NCBI GenBank assembly: GCA_964106645.2
Contig: OZ067044.1
Direction: 5' to 3' (one strand)
Length of the DNA stretch: 64,000 nt
DNA from: Podarcis pityusensis
Lineage: Eukaryota
The notes under the pieces: model-generated
Seen by the model: the letters and a program-made list of their open reading frames with translations, nothing else
Told to the model about the DNA's origin: nothing
The model's database searches: none
Made by a program: the position numbers and the translations under genes
Shown here: positions 37,509 through 49,456 of the stretch, in pieces
How positions within the stretch are numbered: position 1 is the stretch's first letter
How the letters are laid out: every line of letters begins with the position of its first letter

Positions 37509-39786
37509 TAAACATAAACTGACAGATATATATAATTCAAAGAATTCACTGCAGGATGATATCCCGGTGTTCCTCCTTCTGCTAGGTGATATTTTCCCAG
37601 TCTTCAGACCCAGACATCTCAAATTCATTCATTTTCCCCCATAACGATTGAAGTTCCTCTGCTCTAGGTCACTTATCCAGCTCTGAGTCTCTCGAAACTT
37701 TTCAGTCTCCTGGCATGGAAAGCAGCTTTTTCAGAGCATCAGCGGTTAATCCCTGTTCTCTCTGTCTTCCCAGGTGGAATGTGATAACCAAGATTTATGG
37801 CTTGCCTATCATTAATCACCACATAATTATCTCTGTTGGTGGACTGTCAACAAAACACATCCAGTCTGTCATCTTCCTCTCCCAGAAGCCCCACTATTAT
37901 TGTTTACAATGCTAGAATCATTTTTACTACTACTACTACTACAACTACTAGTAATATATACAAGTTTTCCTAAGTACTTGAAGTATTTCAGTACAGTGCA
38001 GTACGCTACAGTGTAAAACACTCCAGTTCAATATGCTTCCCTCATGCATAAAGGTGTCTTTTGTTACAAACCTTTTGTTAACAGCACCTCACTGGCCACA
38101 ACATACCAGAAACTACTCTGGCATAAATAAGCCAGTTATGAAACATACTTGAAAATTTATGTAACACACTTGAACTTTCGTTCTGTTCTTCATTTATAAG
38201 ACTGCTGGAGAAATTGCCTCTATTGCCCTCACTTCCAACCATTAGTAAGTAGGGATGGGTGAATATGCCAATTTTGGTTTCTCTCAGTTTATCATTTCTC
38301 CAATCTCAACTTTGGTTCTCCACATTTCCACATCAGTTTGTGGTTTTTAGTGAAAGGCAGCTATTGAAATGAAGAATCTTGAACCAAGATGTGTCACATT
38401 TGTACTTACTTTTACAGTGGCAGCCTCGTGTTTCTGTTACAGCAAGCTCTGTCCTAAGGCTCAGTAGGGTCAGTAGAACTTTAAAGCACTTCACTTTACC
38501 TGATTTGTGCCCCAAATTACTGCATGAGCTTTCAGAGAAATATGTTATTTGGTTGCTCTGACACACAGCTTTTATTTTTGGTAGTGTGTGTTTGGGGGAA
38601 CAGCTCAAGTGTGAAGAGGGGTATTAATTTGTGAGACGTTACACTGAAATGATTACAAATAATATGTGTTTATTAAACCTGTTTGAGGAAGCATTAAGGC
38701 AAATCGGAGTCTTGCCAGTTTAGATTGCATTCATGAATGCACAAAATGTCAACTAGAAATCCTGGAGGGGAAACAGGGCAAGTGAATCTGCCTTATCCTA
38801 ATGTATTGTCTGGCACAGATATGTCACTGAATTGTTGATAAAGAATGTTGCTGTGGATTGCCAGACCCAAGGCACGGTTGTGATTCGAGAACAGCAAGCA
38901 GCCCTTAGATGTAAAATGTTTAGAACAAACTTGATTTTGATAATCCCTTGTGTTTGGTGTGCTGTTGAGGTTGACTCTTATAATAGGCTCTGAATAGTCT
39001 GGCAGCAGCTGTTTGATTAAAAACTGAGTAGCAGTCTATCAAGATACCTTCGAACTGGCGCTGTCCCACGTGTGCAGGATTGCATTTCATCTGTTTACTA
39101 TCTTGACAGCTGGAGTTGTTTAGCTGGATACTCGATGGTTTGCCTTCCTCCCATGGCTAAAAATTCCACTCACTAATTACAATGAGAGGAAAAAGTTAAT
39201 GAAGGCATATGCTAAAGAGATTTAAATTTACAGTGTGTTGGGCTGTTTCTTTGGTAGATATTTCACAATGCATTCTTCTATTGTTGGGAAAGTGCCGCAA
39301 AGTTAGCCATATACTTTTATCATATACACCAGTTATTTTAGTCCCAACTGACTAGTTCTTGTGTCTCCAGCTTTAGCCTCTCATTGTCCTAAAAGGGAGG
39401 CATCACAGAGGGAGAATCACTGAGGTCAGCAAAGCAAGAATCCTGTCATTACTTTTTTTTGCGGGGGGGGGGGGAATTGTGGGGTTGATTGTGTGTGTGC
39501 TCTGGAGAAAATTATTCCTATTGTGAGCCAGCAGTTCCTTTAGGATAGAACTTTAGTCAGTAGCTTTAGGAAAGATGCTTTGTTGGACAACATATTGTTC
39601 TAGAAGCTGTTAATTGGTAGTCTTCACTTAATCCTACTCCTCGCTGCTCCAAAGCAACTAATTACAATCCTATGAGATTGTTTTCACTTATTCTATTTGA
39701 GGTGGGGATTTCCCCTCATTTTCATTGTTTCTTAAAAAACTTTTCACCAGCTTACTTAGGTCTTACAGTTTTAGAAGAAATTTACT

Positions 39787-40400
39787 CAGGGCCATCTTAA
39801 ACATATCCGGCACTGTGGTGCAAATATCTCTCCGGCGCCCCCCCCCCCCCGTTTCCCAGAGTTGTCGACCTTTTTTGGGGGGGGGGGGACTTCGGTCCGG
39901 CTCGTTTACATCATGTGGTCTGACGTGTGCTCGGCCCTGCACGTAAGTACATCGCAGCCCAGATGGCCTCCTGCGAAGCCTCCCTCTAAGTGCCTGGTGA
40001 CCCTTACCTGCCCCCATCTGGGGAAGGCCAGCAAGCAGATCAGGTGGCTTGCTGGCTGTGCCATCCTTCCTTGGCACCGGGATCGCACAGGGCACTTCCC
40101 TGCTCTGCTCAGAATCCGCAGGGAGGTGCACATGCAGTGACGCAGCCAGAGAGGGGTGCCCTGCGCCTGTCCCCAATCGCACCCGCTAGGCACCCAGGCA
40201 GCCCCGACGGGAGGGGACGCAAAGGGGCTTCCCTGAGCCGGACGCAGCATGCTCCCATGGGCGGCTGAGAGGAGAGGAGCGGGCTGCCCCAGAGCGGGGA
40301 AGGGAGCGCACTCTGACTCTCTTTCCCAGACACTCAGCCTATGGCGCCCTCCAAAATCTGGTGCCCCGTGACACTAACGTCTATGGGTAAGACTCCCCTG
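39787..40400. mobile_element. GC-rich non-autonomous hAT element, 614 bp
   Basis: Perfect 8-bp TSD AATTTACT (39779-39786, 40401-40408); imperfect TIR CAGGGCCATCTTA / TAAGACTCCCCTG; GGCGCC subterminal motifs. Confidence 0.85.
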
Positions 40401-40439
40401 AATTTACTTTCTGGTACACTGGAACCACTGCATTTACCA

Positions 40440-40935
40440 ATGGCCGCTTACCTATAAGTCTTGGGGAGTGGCGGTTTGTAGGCAAATCATGACAGTAGTT
40501 TGTCCACCGCCAGTTTACCCTACATGGCTGTTGTGGGGACACTCATGCCTTCCACCCATGGCTGTATGTTCACCTGTGTGGTGCCTGTTTCAAACAGGCC
40601 AATCTGGTTGGTACAGGGAGGTGTGGCTGTGATGGTAGACCTGGAGTTGGCAGTTCTCAACCAGGTCTGCCTAAAAGTTTTGAATCAAAGCCACACCTAG
40701 CCTCAACCTCAGATTGTCACTGGATTCCATGCCTTCCTTTCCTGTTTCGATTGGTCTGGCCTGAAGGTGAGCAGGCCAGGGCCTGTTAGACCTTGCTATG
40801 GAATACTCTGCTGCCTTATTTGGGGCTAGAGGGGAATTTTTCATGCAGACAAATTGGCTGGTCTGTAGGTTTTCACCTAGGTTTTCATAGCAATTGCCAC
40901 AACTTTTGGCATATAAGGCATTGGGTTTGATCCTT
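40440..40935 (+). mobile_element. Hairpin-rich TE fragment partly homologous to the solo LTR at 53968-54742
   Basis: 40789-40924 shares GACCTTGCTATG, GGAATTT, TTGGCTGGT, GGTTTT, CACAACTT and AGGCATTGG in order with the reverse complement of 54363-54513. Confidence 0.65.
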
Positions 40936-41271
40936 AGCTAAATAGGTACTTAAGTCAAATCAGAGCAATCTCATTAGGACTGCCATCTGGAAGGGTGCTA
41001 TGCCCAATATCTAGTTTAATCCTATTGCAATCAATGGGCCAAATATAACAGAAATCCTAAAATGTTAGTTCAGATAGGTTGTGGATTTTTGTGTTAGTTA
41101 CAGATATATGCAGGGAATATTAATCTTCAGTCTCATCCACAGGTGCAGCCATGGAAAGTTAAACTTTCTTAGCCTTATCGTTCCCAGTGACCGCATGCAT
41201 GCCTCCCATTCCCAGTCATCAGAAAATTTAGTGTGATAGTCTACACACTGCTGCTTGCACACTTCTTACAG

Positions 41272-41685
41272 GCATATGATGTTCTTCTCGTAGATGCCCC
41301 CATATGTTCCCTTGCGCATGGTTCTATGGTTTCCATAGATGGGCAGGATTATCCCAGGAACTCGGAGGATAAAAGGGCAGAGGTTTTGTTGCAGAGGTCA
41401 CACGAAGCTTCTGCATTACCCATTAGAATCTCAGCTGCAGCTTCTTACATGGTCAGGGTGGCTTACATCTGGGTGACTGAGTTTGTCAATGTTAAGCAAG
41501 GAATAGCAAAGCTAGCCAAGGCCTCTGCCTATGTGTCTGATGCCTCATCAGATGCCTTGCAATTTGCAGCAAGAGCCATAGCAGCAGACATGGCAGTGTG
41601 CAGACAGCTCCGGCTTAAACTGTGGCAGGTGGGCACCAAAGCCAAAACCAGCCTGACCAGTGACCCCTTCAAGGGCCACATCTGA
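41272..41685 (+). pseudogene. DIRS1-type retrotransposon gag (LAP2alpha-like domain) remnant
   Basis: VDAPICSL..DG..EDKRAEVLLQRSHEASA..W..KQGIAKLAKASAYVSDASSDALQFAARAIA..RQLRLKLW..KTSL...PFKG fits the DIRS gag pattern (VDAP..D.K.E..ADA..D..AR..RR.LWL..W...PF.G). Confidence 0.8.
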
Positions 41686-41702
41686 GTTGTACTGAAGAAA
41701 GG

Positions 41703-41706
<4 letters not shown>

Positions 41707-41737
<31 letters not shown>
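41707..41737. repeat. (GT)n microsatellite
   Basis: Direct inspection. Confidence 0.95.
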
Positions 41738-41739
<2 letters not shown>

Positions 41740-42125
41740 TTACTAAGTTTCACCACAGCTGCATTGATTAACAGAGATATACTGCTTCCTCTTGTTTTAG
41801 GTCATACAAGTAAGTAAGAAGTCCTTCAAGTCTAGAGTTAAAAGAAAGATGAAAGCAAATCAGCCTTGTCTTGAGAATGAGTCCCATTTGACAGATGTTT
41901 CCAAAAGATTATTACAAGCAAGGAATACACTCTCAGGTTAACCAACTGTACAATTTTGTCCAAGTCCACTTGGAAATAAGCCCCATTAAAGTTGGTTGGG
42001 CCTACCTCCAGTTAGGAGTAGAATTGCTGTCTAGATAGATAAATAGATAATCAAATAACTGACAGAAGAAACTACTGCCAGTCTTGTGCATGTATATGTG
42101 ATATTTCACCTTTGTCCCTGTAGAA

Positions 42126-42262
42126 CAGGGTGACTAATGTGTGGTCCATCAAACATTGTTGGACTTCAGTTCCCTTTATCCCTGACCATTGGCCATGCTG
42201 CTTGGGACTGATGGGAGTTGAGAGTCCAGCAACATCCAGAAGGCCACAGGTCAGCCACCCTG
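42126..42262. mobile_element. hAT-type MITE (GGGACTGATGGGAGTTG family)
   Basis: Ends CAGGGTGACT/AGCCACCCTG, degenerate TSD CTGTAGAA/TTGTATAA; relatives at ~35135-35245 and 48413-48527. Confidence 0.75.
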
Positions 42263-42848
42263 TTGTATAATGTAGACTTAGTCAGGATAATTTTTTACTT
42301 CAGTATTGCTGGTTAACGTACAACATTTTTGAACCAAAGATCATCAGTCAGCTGTTACTTGGCTCAGTCATACGACCTACAAATCCCATGTTGCCCTTTC
42401 AAAACTCCACAAAGTAAAAATTGCATATTCCACCAAGTTCTGTAAGGAGGCTGATCAAGAGCACGTTTTTAGCCCGAAACTACTTGCTCTTTCTGCCCTG
42501 CATTTTGTTCTGAGAAGAAATCTGCTTAAATTCCTCCACTCTTTCCCTCTTCTGAATAATTAGCATATCTGCTGTTCTAGAACGTGTTTTCTATAAATAC
42601 CTGGCTCTTGCACCAAAATGCTAGCTTTAACTCCTGAAAATCAAGTTTAGCTATAGTATGCTGTCTCTTGAGACTGTTTGCAAACATGCACACAAAGCAT
42701 CTAAGAAATATGGCAGGAGTGTGGAACTTCAGATCTAGGGACAGGACATGGCCCTCCAGGTCATTCTGTCGAGCCTCTAGGCTAGGCTTCACCCCAGCCT
42801 ACTTCCTGCCCTCTTTTGGTGGCTAAAATGTTTCCTTAAACTGCAGTA

Positions 42849-43093
42849 CAGTGGTACCTCTAGTTGCGTTCTCTTGTTACAGACTTTCAGCTTACGGACA
42901 CGGCAAACCCAGAAGTATTTACTTCCCGGTTTGCCACACACGCATGCACAGAAGTGATCTGTGCACTTCGTGCATGCGCCGAAGCGCTTGATTGCGCCGT
43001 GCACATGCGCGGAAGAGGCACTCTAGTTGCGGACTTTTCGGGGTGCAAATGGCACCCCGAAACAGATTAAGTCTGTAACTAGAGGTTCCACTG
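42849..43093. mobile_element. Tc1/mariner (Tigger-like) MITE
   Basis: TIR CAGTGGTACCTCTAGTT / AACTAGAGGTTCCACTG, TA/CA flanks, GCATGCGC internal motifs. Confidence 0.88.
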
Positions 43094-43254
43094 CAATGCT
43101 ATTTGCTTGGTTGGCTGGCTGGAGAGATGTATGGGTGTGGTTGGTGTAGAAACTTTGGATTTGCATGGCTGGACTGTAGTGTACTGTACAAAAGTAACAA
43201 TCCCATCCACTGCTGTGCCCGCTTTTCACCACTGGCACGCAGCCCCCAGATTAT

Positions 43255-43660
43255 TGTCCATGAAGGAATGTTACTACAATGTATTGTATGTGGAGCTGCC
43301 TTTGAAGATGGTTTGGAAACTTCAGCTGGTGCAGAATTCAGTGGTGCAGAATTCACTGTAGCACATAACATCAATCCTGGCCCGACTGACTCAGTTCAAA
43401 GTGTGGTTTTGACCTATAAATCCTTATTTGGCTTAGGATCCCAATACCTCAAGGAACACTTCACCCCACAAGAACCAACCCAGACCCTGCAATTGTCGCT
43501 GGAGGCCCTTCTCTGTGTGCCCCCTCCATGAGGGATAATGGAGGATTGCAACATGAGACTGGCCCTTTTCACAGTGCCTTCTCCAGGGAGGCTTGCCTGG
43601 TGCCAACTTTATCTAGTTTTAGGTGTCAGGCAAAAGCTCTTCCTTTTACCCAGGCTTTTA
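43255..43660 (+). mobile_element. L2 LINE 3' fragment
   Basis: YYNVLYVELPLKMVWKLQLVQNS (ORF 43107-43361) and VVLTYKSLFGLGSQYLKE (ORF 43103-43531) are L2 ORF2 motifs. Confidence 0.85.
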
Positions 43661-44742
43661 ACCCTTAATTTGAAGAGTTTTGTGGCCTTTGTTGATGGGA
43701 TAGGATCTGCTAGATTTTTCTTTTATTTTTATTGATTGTGTTTATTGTAATTGGTTTTTCTATTCTGTTTGTAAGTCACTTTGACTTACACTTTGAGTCA
43801 TTTCTATGAGTAAAGCAGCTAATCAATCATAATCATAAAAATCTATAATCAAATTTATTACTGGTGGCTGTTTGAAATGACAAGTGGAAATTAATACTTC
43901 TGGATATACTCCCCAGTTCATTGCATTTCAGTATGTTCACTTATTTAAAAGACCAGATTTTAAAAATCTGGTTTTAACACTGTGTAAACACTTTAAGGAA
44001 GAGAACTTATAAAAGGATCTTAAAGTCTTTTCTAGTTCAGCATGTTCAGTGTTTGGCAGTGAACAGCTTGTGTGCACATGACCACATTACTGTATTTTTA
44101 GAAGTGCTTGATAAATTAATACTATTCTATTTATATACATGATTTTATATTGCCTTCCCCAAAGCTGCGTTCAGATAAAACCACAAATAAACCAGCAATC
44201 CTGTGCACACTTGGGGAATCATGGAACAGTATTAATGCACTCTGTGTCTACATTGCATGTTCCTGACTGAAATTATGTTGGGTCCTATTTTCAGATCCAC
44301 ACAAAATGGTCTCTAGGGTGTGTTTTTTTAAAAAAATAATCTAGCAAGATGATCTGGGGATTGCTGTTTATTCCTCTTGCTTTCGTTAACCATTAGGACA
44401 TTGTATGGAAAACAAGATGGCTGTGCTCCCCTGGTACACGTGGGAACCATTTTTTTTACTGGTCCTGTCCCCAGGCAGGGACAGCACATCATGACATCCC
44501 AACCTTACCAGGAACATTTTCAGGCACATACATTTTAAATGTGTGCAACAGTCATCACACTTCGTACCCACTCTGAAGAAATGGTAAAAGGGGCAGATTC
44601 TTTTTTAAAAATGGAGGCAGTTGTCGGACCACTTGTTCCTATTTGATGGGAGTATGGATTCTAGGGTTTACCATGTTCTGACGTGCTTGCTACTTTGGGA
44701 GCTGTGAATTGGGTGATTTTGCTTTGGAATGCAAGTCAGCAT

Positions 44743-44925
44743 ACATAAGAATATAAGAAAAGTCTGTTGGATCAGGCAGATCACCCATCTAGTTCAGCAT
44801 CCTACTCTAAACATTGGCCAACCAGCTGCCTGTGGGCAGCCCAGAAGTAAGACCTGAGCACAAGAGTATTCTTCCCTCCTTTGGTTTCCAGCAACTGGTG
44901 TTCAGAAGCATACTCCCTCCAAGCA
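44743..44925 (-). mobile_element. CR1-type LINE 3' end
   Basis: ACATAAGAATATAAGAA tail, GGATCAGGC..CCCATCTAGTTCAGCATCCT stem region. Confidence 0.8.
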
Positions 44926-46740
44926 AGCAAACATAGAATTTCATTGAGACTCAAAACAAAAAAGCTCTATTTAAACACACCCACCCATCAGTAATCCAGT
45001 ATTATAATGATAAGTTGGAGTTCAGCCTACCATTTTGGCAAAAGTGTTTGATATGTCAGTTGATATGTAGAGCCAGTTGGGAAAATTCAAGTCACTGTTT
45101 TATGTTGCAGTTTTGTTTTGCCCATGCCAAGTACTTCTGCAGTTGTGGAATAGATTTTTTAAATCAAAAACTGCTTACCCTCACACTCAAATTAGAAATA
45201 TATTTTGGGGGGAAAGTGTCAGAAAAACAAATACTGTATACCAAAATACTGAGTGGGTTTCATTTTATTATGGATTTATTTCAGCAAAAAATGTTTTTTT
45301 AAATAATAATAAAAAATAATCATTATAAGCTGTTTTAAATCTTCAGCCTGATACTGGTATTTAATACTGAACTTTTCATTTAAAGCATTGAACCAAGTTT
45401 TTACTAGGGTTGACATTTTTTCTTTTTCATATGGACGGTATCATTATATTAAATCCAAAAGCTCAGTAGTTAAAGCTTTTTCTAGGATGTGGATTGTAGA
45501 ATTCTGCATCTGTTGGATTTCTGCATGCAATGCAGCTGTTGACACTTCCATTTAAAAAAAAAATAGTGATCTTGTATTTACAGTCTAACATTACATGGAC
45601 AAGTGATAGAACTGCATTATAATGCTTTTTGTTTCACAGTTACATAGTCTCTGTGTGCTCTGCTTCTGAGTTGCCTTTCATCCTGCCCTTTGTCTCTTTT
45701 TGTATGGAAATGGATGGCTCATAAAGAATGCTATCAAATTCAGTAACTGGTAAAAGGATACCATTTCAAAGGTGGAGGGGGATTTGACACATTCCAAGGG
45801 ACGAGTCACTGAGCCCTCCTGTTTCAACATGGCTGCTTTGCTGAAATATTAAAGCTGGTGGCATGCTGCTAAATCCCTTTGTACACTCCCTCTTAAGAAT
45901 TCCATAGTGTGGATAACCTCCAACCCTTTGACTATATGCAAAGTAGAAAGCTTGAATCAGAGCATTGTGCTATAAAAAGTTAGGCTGGAGAAGGACTAAA
46001 AAACTCACCCTATTGGTTGTTTTGGACACTCAATATTCAAAGCATGTGGAAAAGAAAAGAACTCGTTATGACTCAGGTTCCATTAATTAGATGTAAATTA
46101 ACATATTTAGTCTCTTAACACAAAAGAAGGTAACTGGAATTCGGCAAGCCCAGAGGACATGGAAATTCTAATTAGATGAGAACATAGCCAGGAACAGAAC
46201 TGTAAGGCACTGGTGAACTTGAGCAACCATAAACAGTGTGTGTTTGTTTGGAGTTTTAAGTATTGTACATAGCTTTTTTCTCTTGAGAAGGGGCAGGAGG
46301 GCAGGTCAGTATCCTCTGGGATAGCACCTCCCACCAGATTGGGAGGCACAACCAACTTGCTGCCTGGCTCCTCTGGGGAGGGGTCCAATTCTTTCCCAGA
46401 CTTGTTCTAACAGCAGCAAAGTATCAGGGGCTTAGCAGTATTTTAAAATTAAGGAAGTTTTCTTCTGCCTTGTAACTTGAATGAAGAAAGACTTCCTTGA
46501 ACTCCCTCTCTCAAAAAGCACATCCAAGCCAGATATGGGCCCCTCACAGCACACTGGGGGGGGGGGGGAGGGGATTATCAGGAGGGTCTGATTAATGGGT
46601 GTGAAGGAATGTCCTCTTCTGAAGAGCAGTGATGGCATTAGAGTCCCAGATGACCTCACAGTCCCAGGAAGGCATTAGAGTTCACTCCACTTCCTCACTC
46701 TTCTCAAGAAAGGAAGGGGGCATTGAAGAGGGGAAGAGGA

Positions 46741-46817
46741 ATTGGTTTAGCTCAAAACAGGGGACTTCCAGGCCAAAGTGGCTCCCCTAAGGAAACTTTC
46801 CTTCCTCCCCTATAAAA
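46741..46817 (+). promoter_or_regulatory. Pol II promoter-like module (probably LTR-derived)
   Basis: ATTGG (46741), kB-like GGGGACTTCC (46760-69), GGAAACTTTCC (46791-801), TATAAAA (46811-17). Confidence 0.4.
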
Positions 46818-48318
46818 GGAGTTCAGGCAGAGCTTGTGTTGCTTGTTGGTTCTCCTTTGGGCAAATGTTTTCCTGAACTGTGGGTAATATCCGAGGTCAG
46901 TTTCAATTTTGTGGTTTTTAATAGCCTCTAAGAGTTCTGGAGAGAGTTGACCCTCTTGACTTTGTCTCTCAGCTTCCTTTTTAACAGTTTCCTTATTTCT
47001 GAGAAGTTTCCTCTTTTGAAGTCAAATGTGACTCTGTTGGGCTTTCTTGGCAATTGTCTACTTACATGTGTGGTGCGTTGCCCTTTTCTTAGTTCGAATG
47101 AAAATTAGCCCATTGACAGGGAAGCTGCTGTTGCTGCTGATGATGACATTTTATCCCTCTTCAGTCAGTAAAGGTCCCCAGGGCTCCTTACAGATCACTT
47201 CTATAAACAGATGTTTCTTCCTTTTAGGCTTACAACGTAAAAAGACATGGCACAAGAGGAAAATGGAGTGGGGAGGAAGAAGAATTGAGCAAACTTAGGT
47301 GCAAGTTCATCATTTTAAATTAAGCCTATGGGTGGAAGAGCTGAAGGAGTGGAAGCACCAAAATCCCTTGGTCTGTCTGCCACTTCTCAGCATGCCTTCT
47401 CTTCTTACTTCTTTCCTGCTTCTGAATGGGCATGTTTACAATTGAGGTGTTAGTTGCTAATTGTGACTGCAATGACTGGTCAGATGGGGTAGACAGATTA
47501 CATTAAAGCAGCTGCTGAGTATGATGTTTTATTGTACTTTAGTAGAAGCAGAGGCAGGGCTGGTTTAGACAAAAACATACAGCATGCATGCAATAAATAG
47601 CCAACAGCTCCAAGCTCAGGCATTGCTCACCACTTTGGCACCCTCTTGCCCTGAGTTCTTGCTTGAGGACAGTGGCTGCTTACTACTCTCTGCCCCAGCT
47701 CGCTAGCCACCACTGAATCAGGGGCTGACTTTCCAGAAGGAGAAGAACATAATATTTAGAAAATGGGCCATTCATTTAATTCTGAACAACTTACCAGCCT
47801 TTATTCCAGTCAAGGATCTGCTAAAGCAGATCTGCTGCTGTAAAGCAGAAGAACCAGCAATCCTGCTGCTCAGGAAAGCCTGTTGATGCCAGAACAAGCA
47901 GTACTCAGTTCTTCAAGTGCCATACAGAAATATATATCTTGATTGCAATTCTTAATGAATAGTTTGAAAAACAAAGATTTACACAGATAGAGATGAGCTT
48001 TTCAGCTTGCTTGCACTTCAGCTAGAGTCTTAATTTTGTTGTTGCTTTTACATGTTGATGCTATCAATTTTAAGTAGAGGCCAACACCATCGTTTAAATA
48101 ATTGTTTAGCAACGCTGGGAAGCAGACGTCCGAAGAACAGCAAAAATGTATTTCAATATTATTTGATAATTTGGGTTTCTCAAATGACTGTGAAAGAAAT
48201 GAGAAATTTTCTTTTCACATTCTTTCACATTTCCTCTGGCCCACCCATTCTGTTTTCCAATATTTTTCCAGACCGCTTTGTTGTTGTTACTAGCAACCTC
48301 AACTGCAGAGGAATAAGA

Positions 48319-48650
48319 GAGAGGGCATAGCTCATTGATAGAGCGGAAACTTTCCATGTGAAAGGGTCAAATTTCAGTCCATGGTGTCATCATTTAAAAG
48401 GATTGTGTAGCACAGGAATAGAGAAGCATGGCCCTTCAGAAGTCGCTGGACAACTGGGCAGCGTGGGTGGGACTGATGGGAGTTGTAGTCTAGCACCACC
48501 TGGAGGGCCACAGCTTCTTCATCCCTGAGGTAGGAGAGGATAGGAAGGATCTGTATCTGAGACCATGGAGAGCCGCTGCCAGTCAGGATAGAAAAATGGA
48601 ATTGATGGACAAGTAATCTGACCTGATATTAGGAAGCTTCCTGTGTTCCT
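48319..48650 (+). mobile_element. Squam3-like SINE interrupted by a hAT MITE (48413-48527)
   Basis: tRNA head at 48319-48390, resumes GGAGAGCCGCTGCCAGTCAG..AGCTTCCTGTGTTCCT; MITE flanks GTGTAGCA/AGGTAGGA. Confidence 0.75.
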
Positions 48651-49279
48651 CTGAAATATCATCTCCCAATCATGAAGTTAGAACCTGGCTAAGCCTCCTT
48701 AAGACAAACTTTTCATAGCTCTGTCATTCAGGCCCGTATCACCTCAGGTGCGACCATTTTTGATTCCTGAAAGCAAAAGAGTGGAGAATTGAAAGAGAAG
48801 AACAATGGATTTTGTTTTATCTGCCAGTACCAAACTTGCCCCCTTCTCTCCATGCATCCCCTTTCTACTCCAGATTCCATCAAAAAGAATTGGGAACCTT
48901 AAACCTTAAACCACCTCCTTAATTGAGGTTTGTATAATAGAATTCACACCTTAAAAGCTTCTCAGTGGCCTCAGTAGCACTGCTGAGTGCCACAAGGCTG
49001 ATTGAAGTGGAGAGCTCCTTTTTGAATCAAACTGTTAGCTCTTCTCCTGCAGATACGCTTCAAATGAAAATAGATGCTTTGCTGGCCAGTTGCAATGTAT
49101 GACAGCATGCAAGGCGGCTAAGCAGAAGTTTACATGTAAAGACTGATAAAAAAAGAAGAAGAAGATTGTGAAGCCCTCATTTCAGCATACAAATACAGAA
49201 CGGAGGGGGCATAATTTGCTTGAAGCGGTAACTTCTAGACAAATTTCATGTGCTGTTCAGGCCAAGGAGTGATTCAGGT

Positions 49280-49456
49280 CACATCAGTACTGTACATTTA
49301 AGGGGCATGGCTTCACCCAAAAAATCCTGGGAACTGTGGTTTGCTAAGAGTGGTAGGAATTGTAGTTCTGTGGGAGGTAAATTACAGTTAGCTGGGGTCA
49401 TTGGGTGGGGGTGGGGGAGCTGTGTGCTTTAAATGTGGCTTAAATATATGGTGTAA
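49280..49456. mobile_element. Palindromic MITE-like repeat (CCTGGGAACTGTAGTT family)
   Basis: ACATTTAA..CATGGCTTC..CCTGGGAACTGT / ACAGTT..GGAGCTGTG..TTTAAATGT arms. Confidence 0.6.

Noticed and set aside
39725-40333. Multiple overlapping ORFs
   Set aside because: Stop-poor GC-rich interior of a non-autonomous hAT element; no protein motifs.
42448-42490. CUGAUCA-AGAGC..GCCC-GAAAC hammerhead-like string
   Set aside because: G8 is replaced by C, stem II is mismatched and there is no stem I/III; at best a decayed relic.
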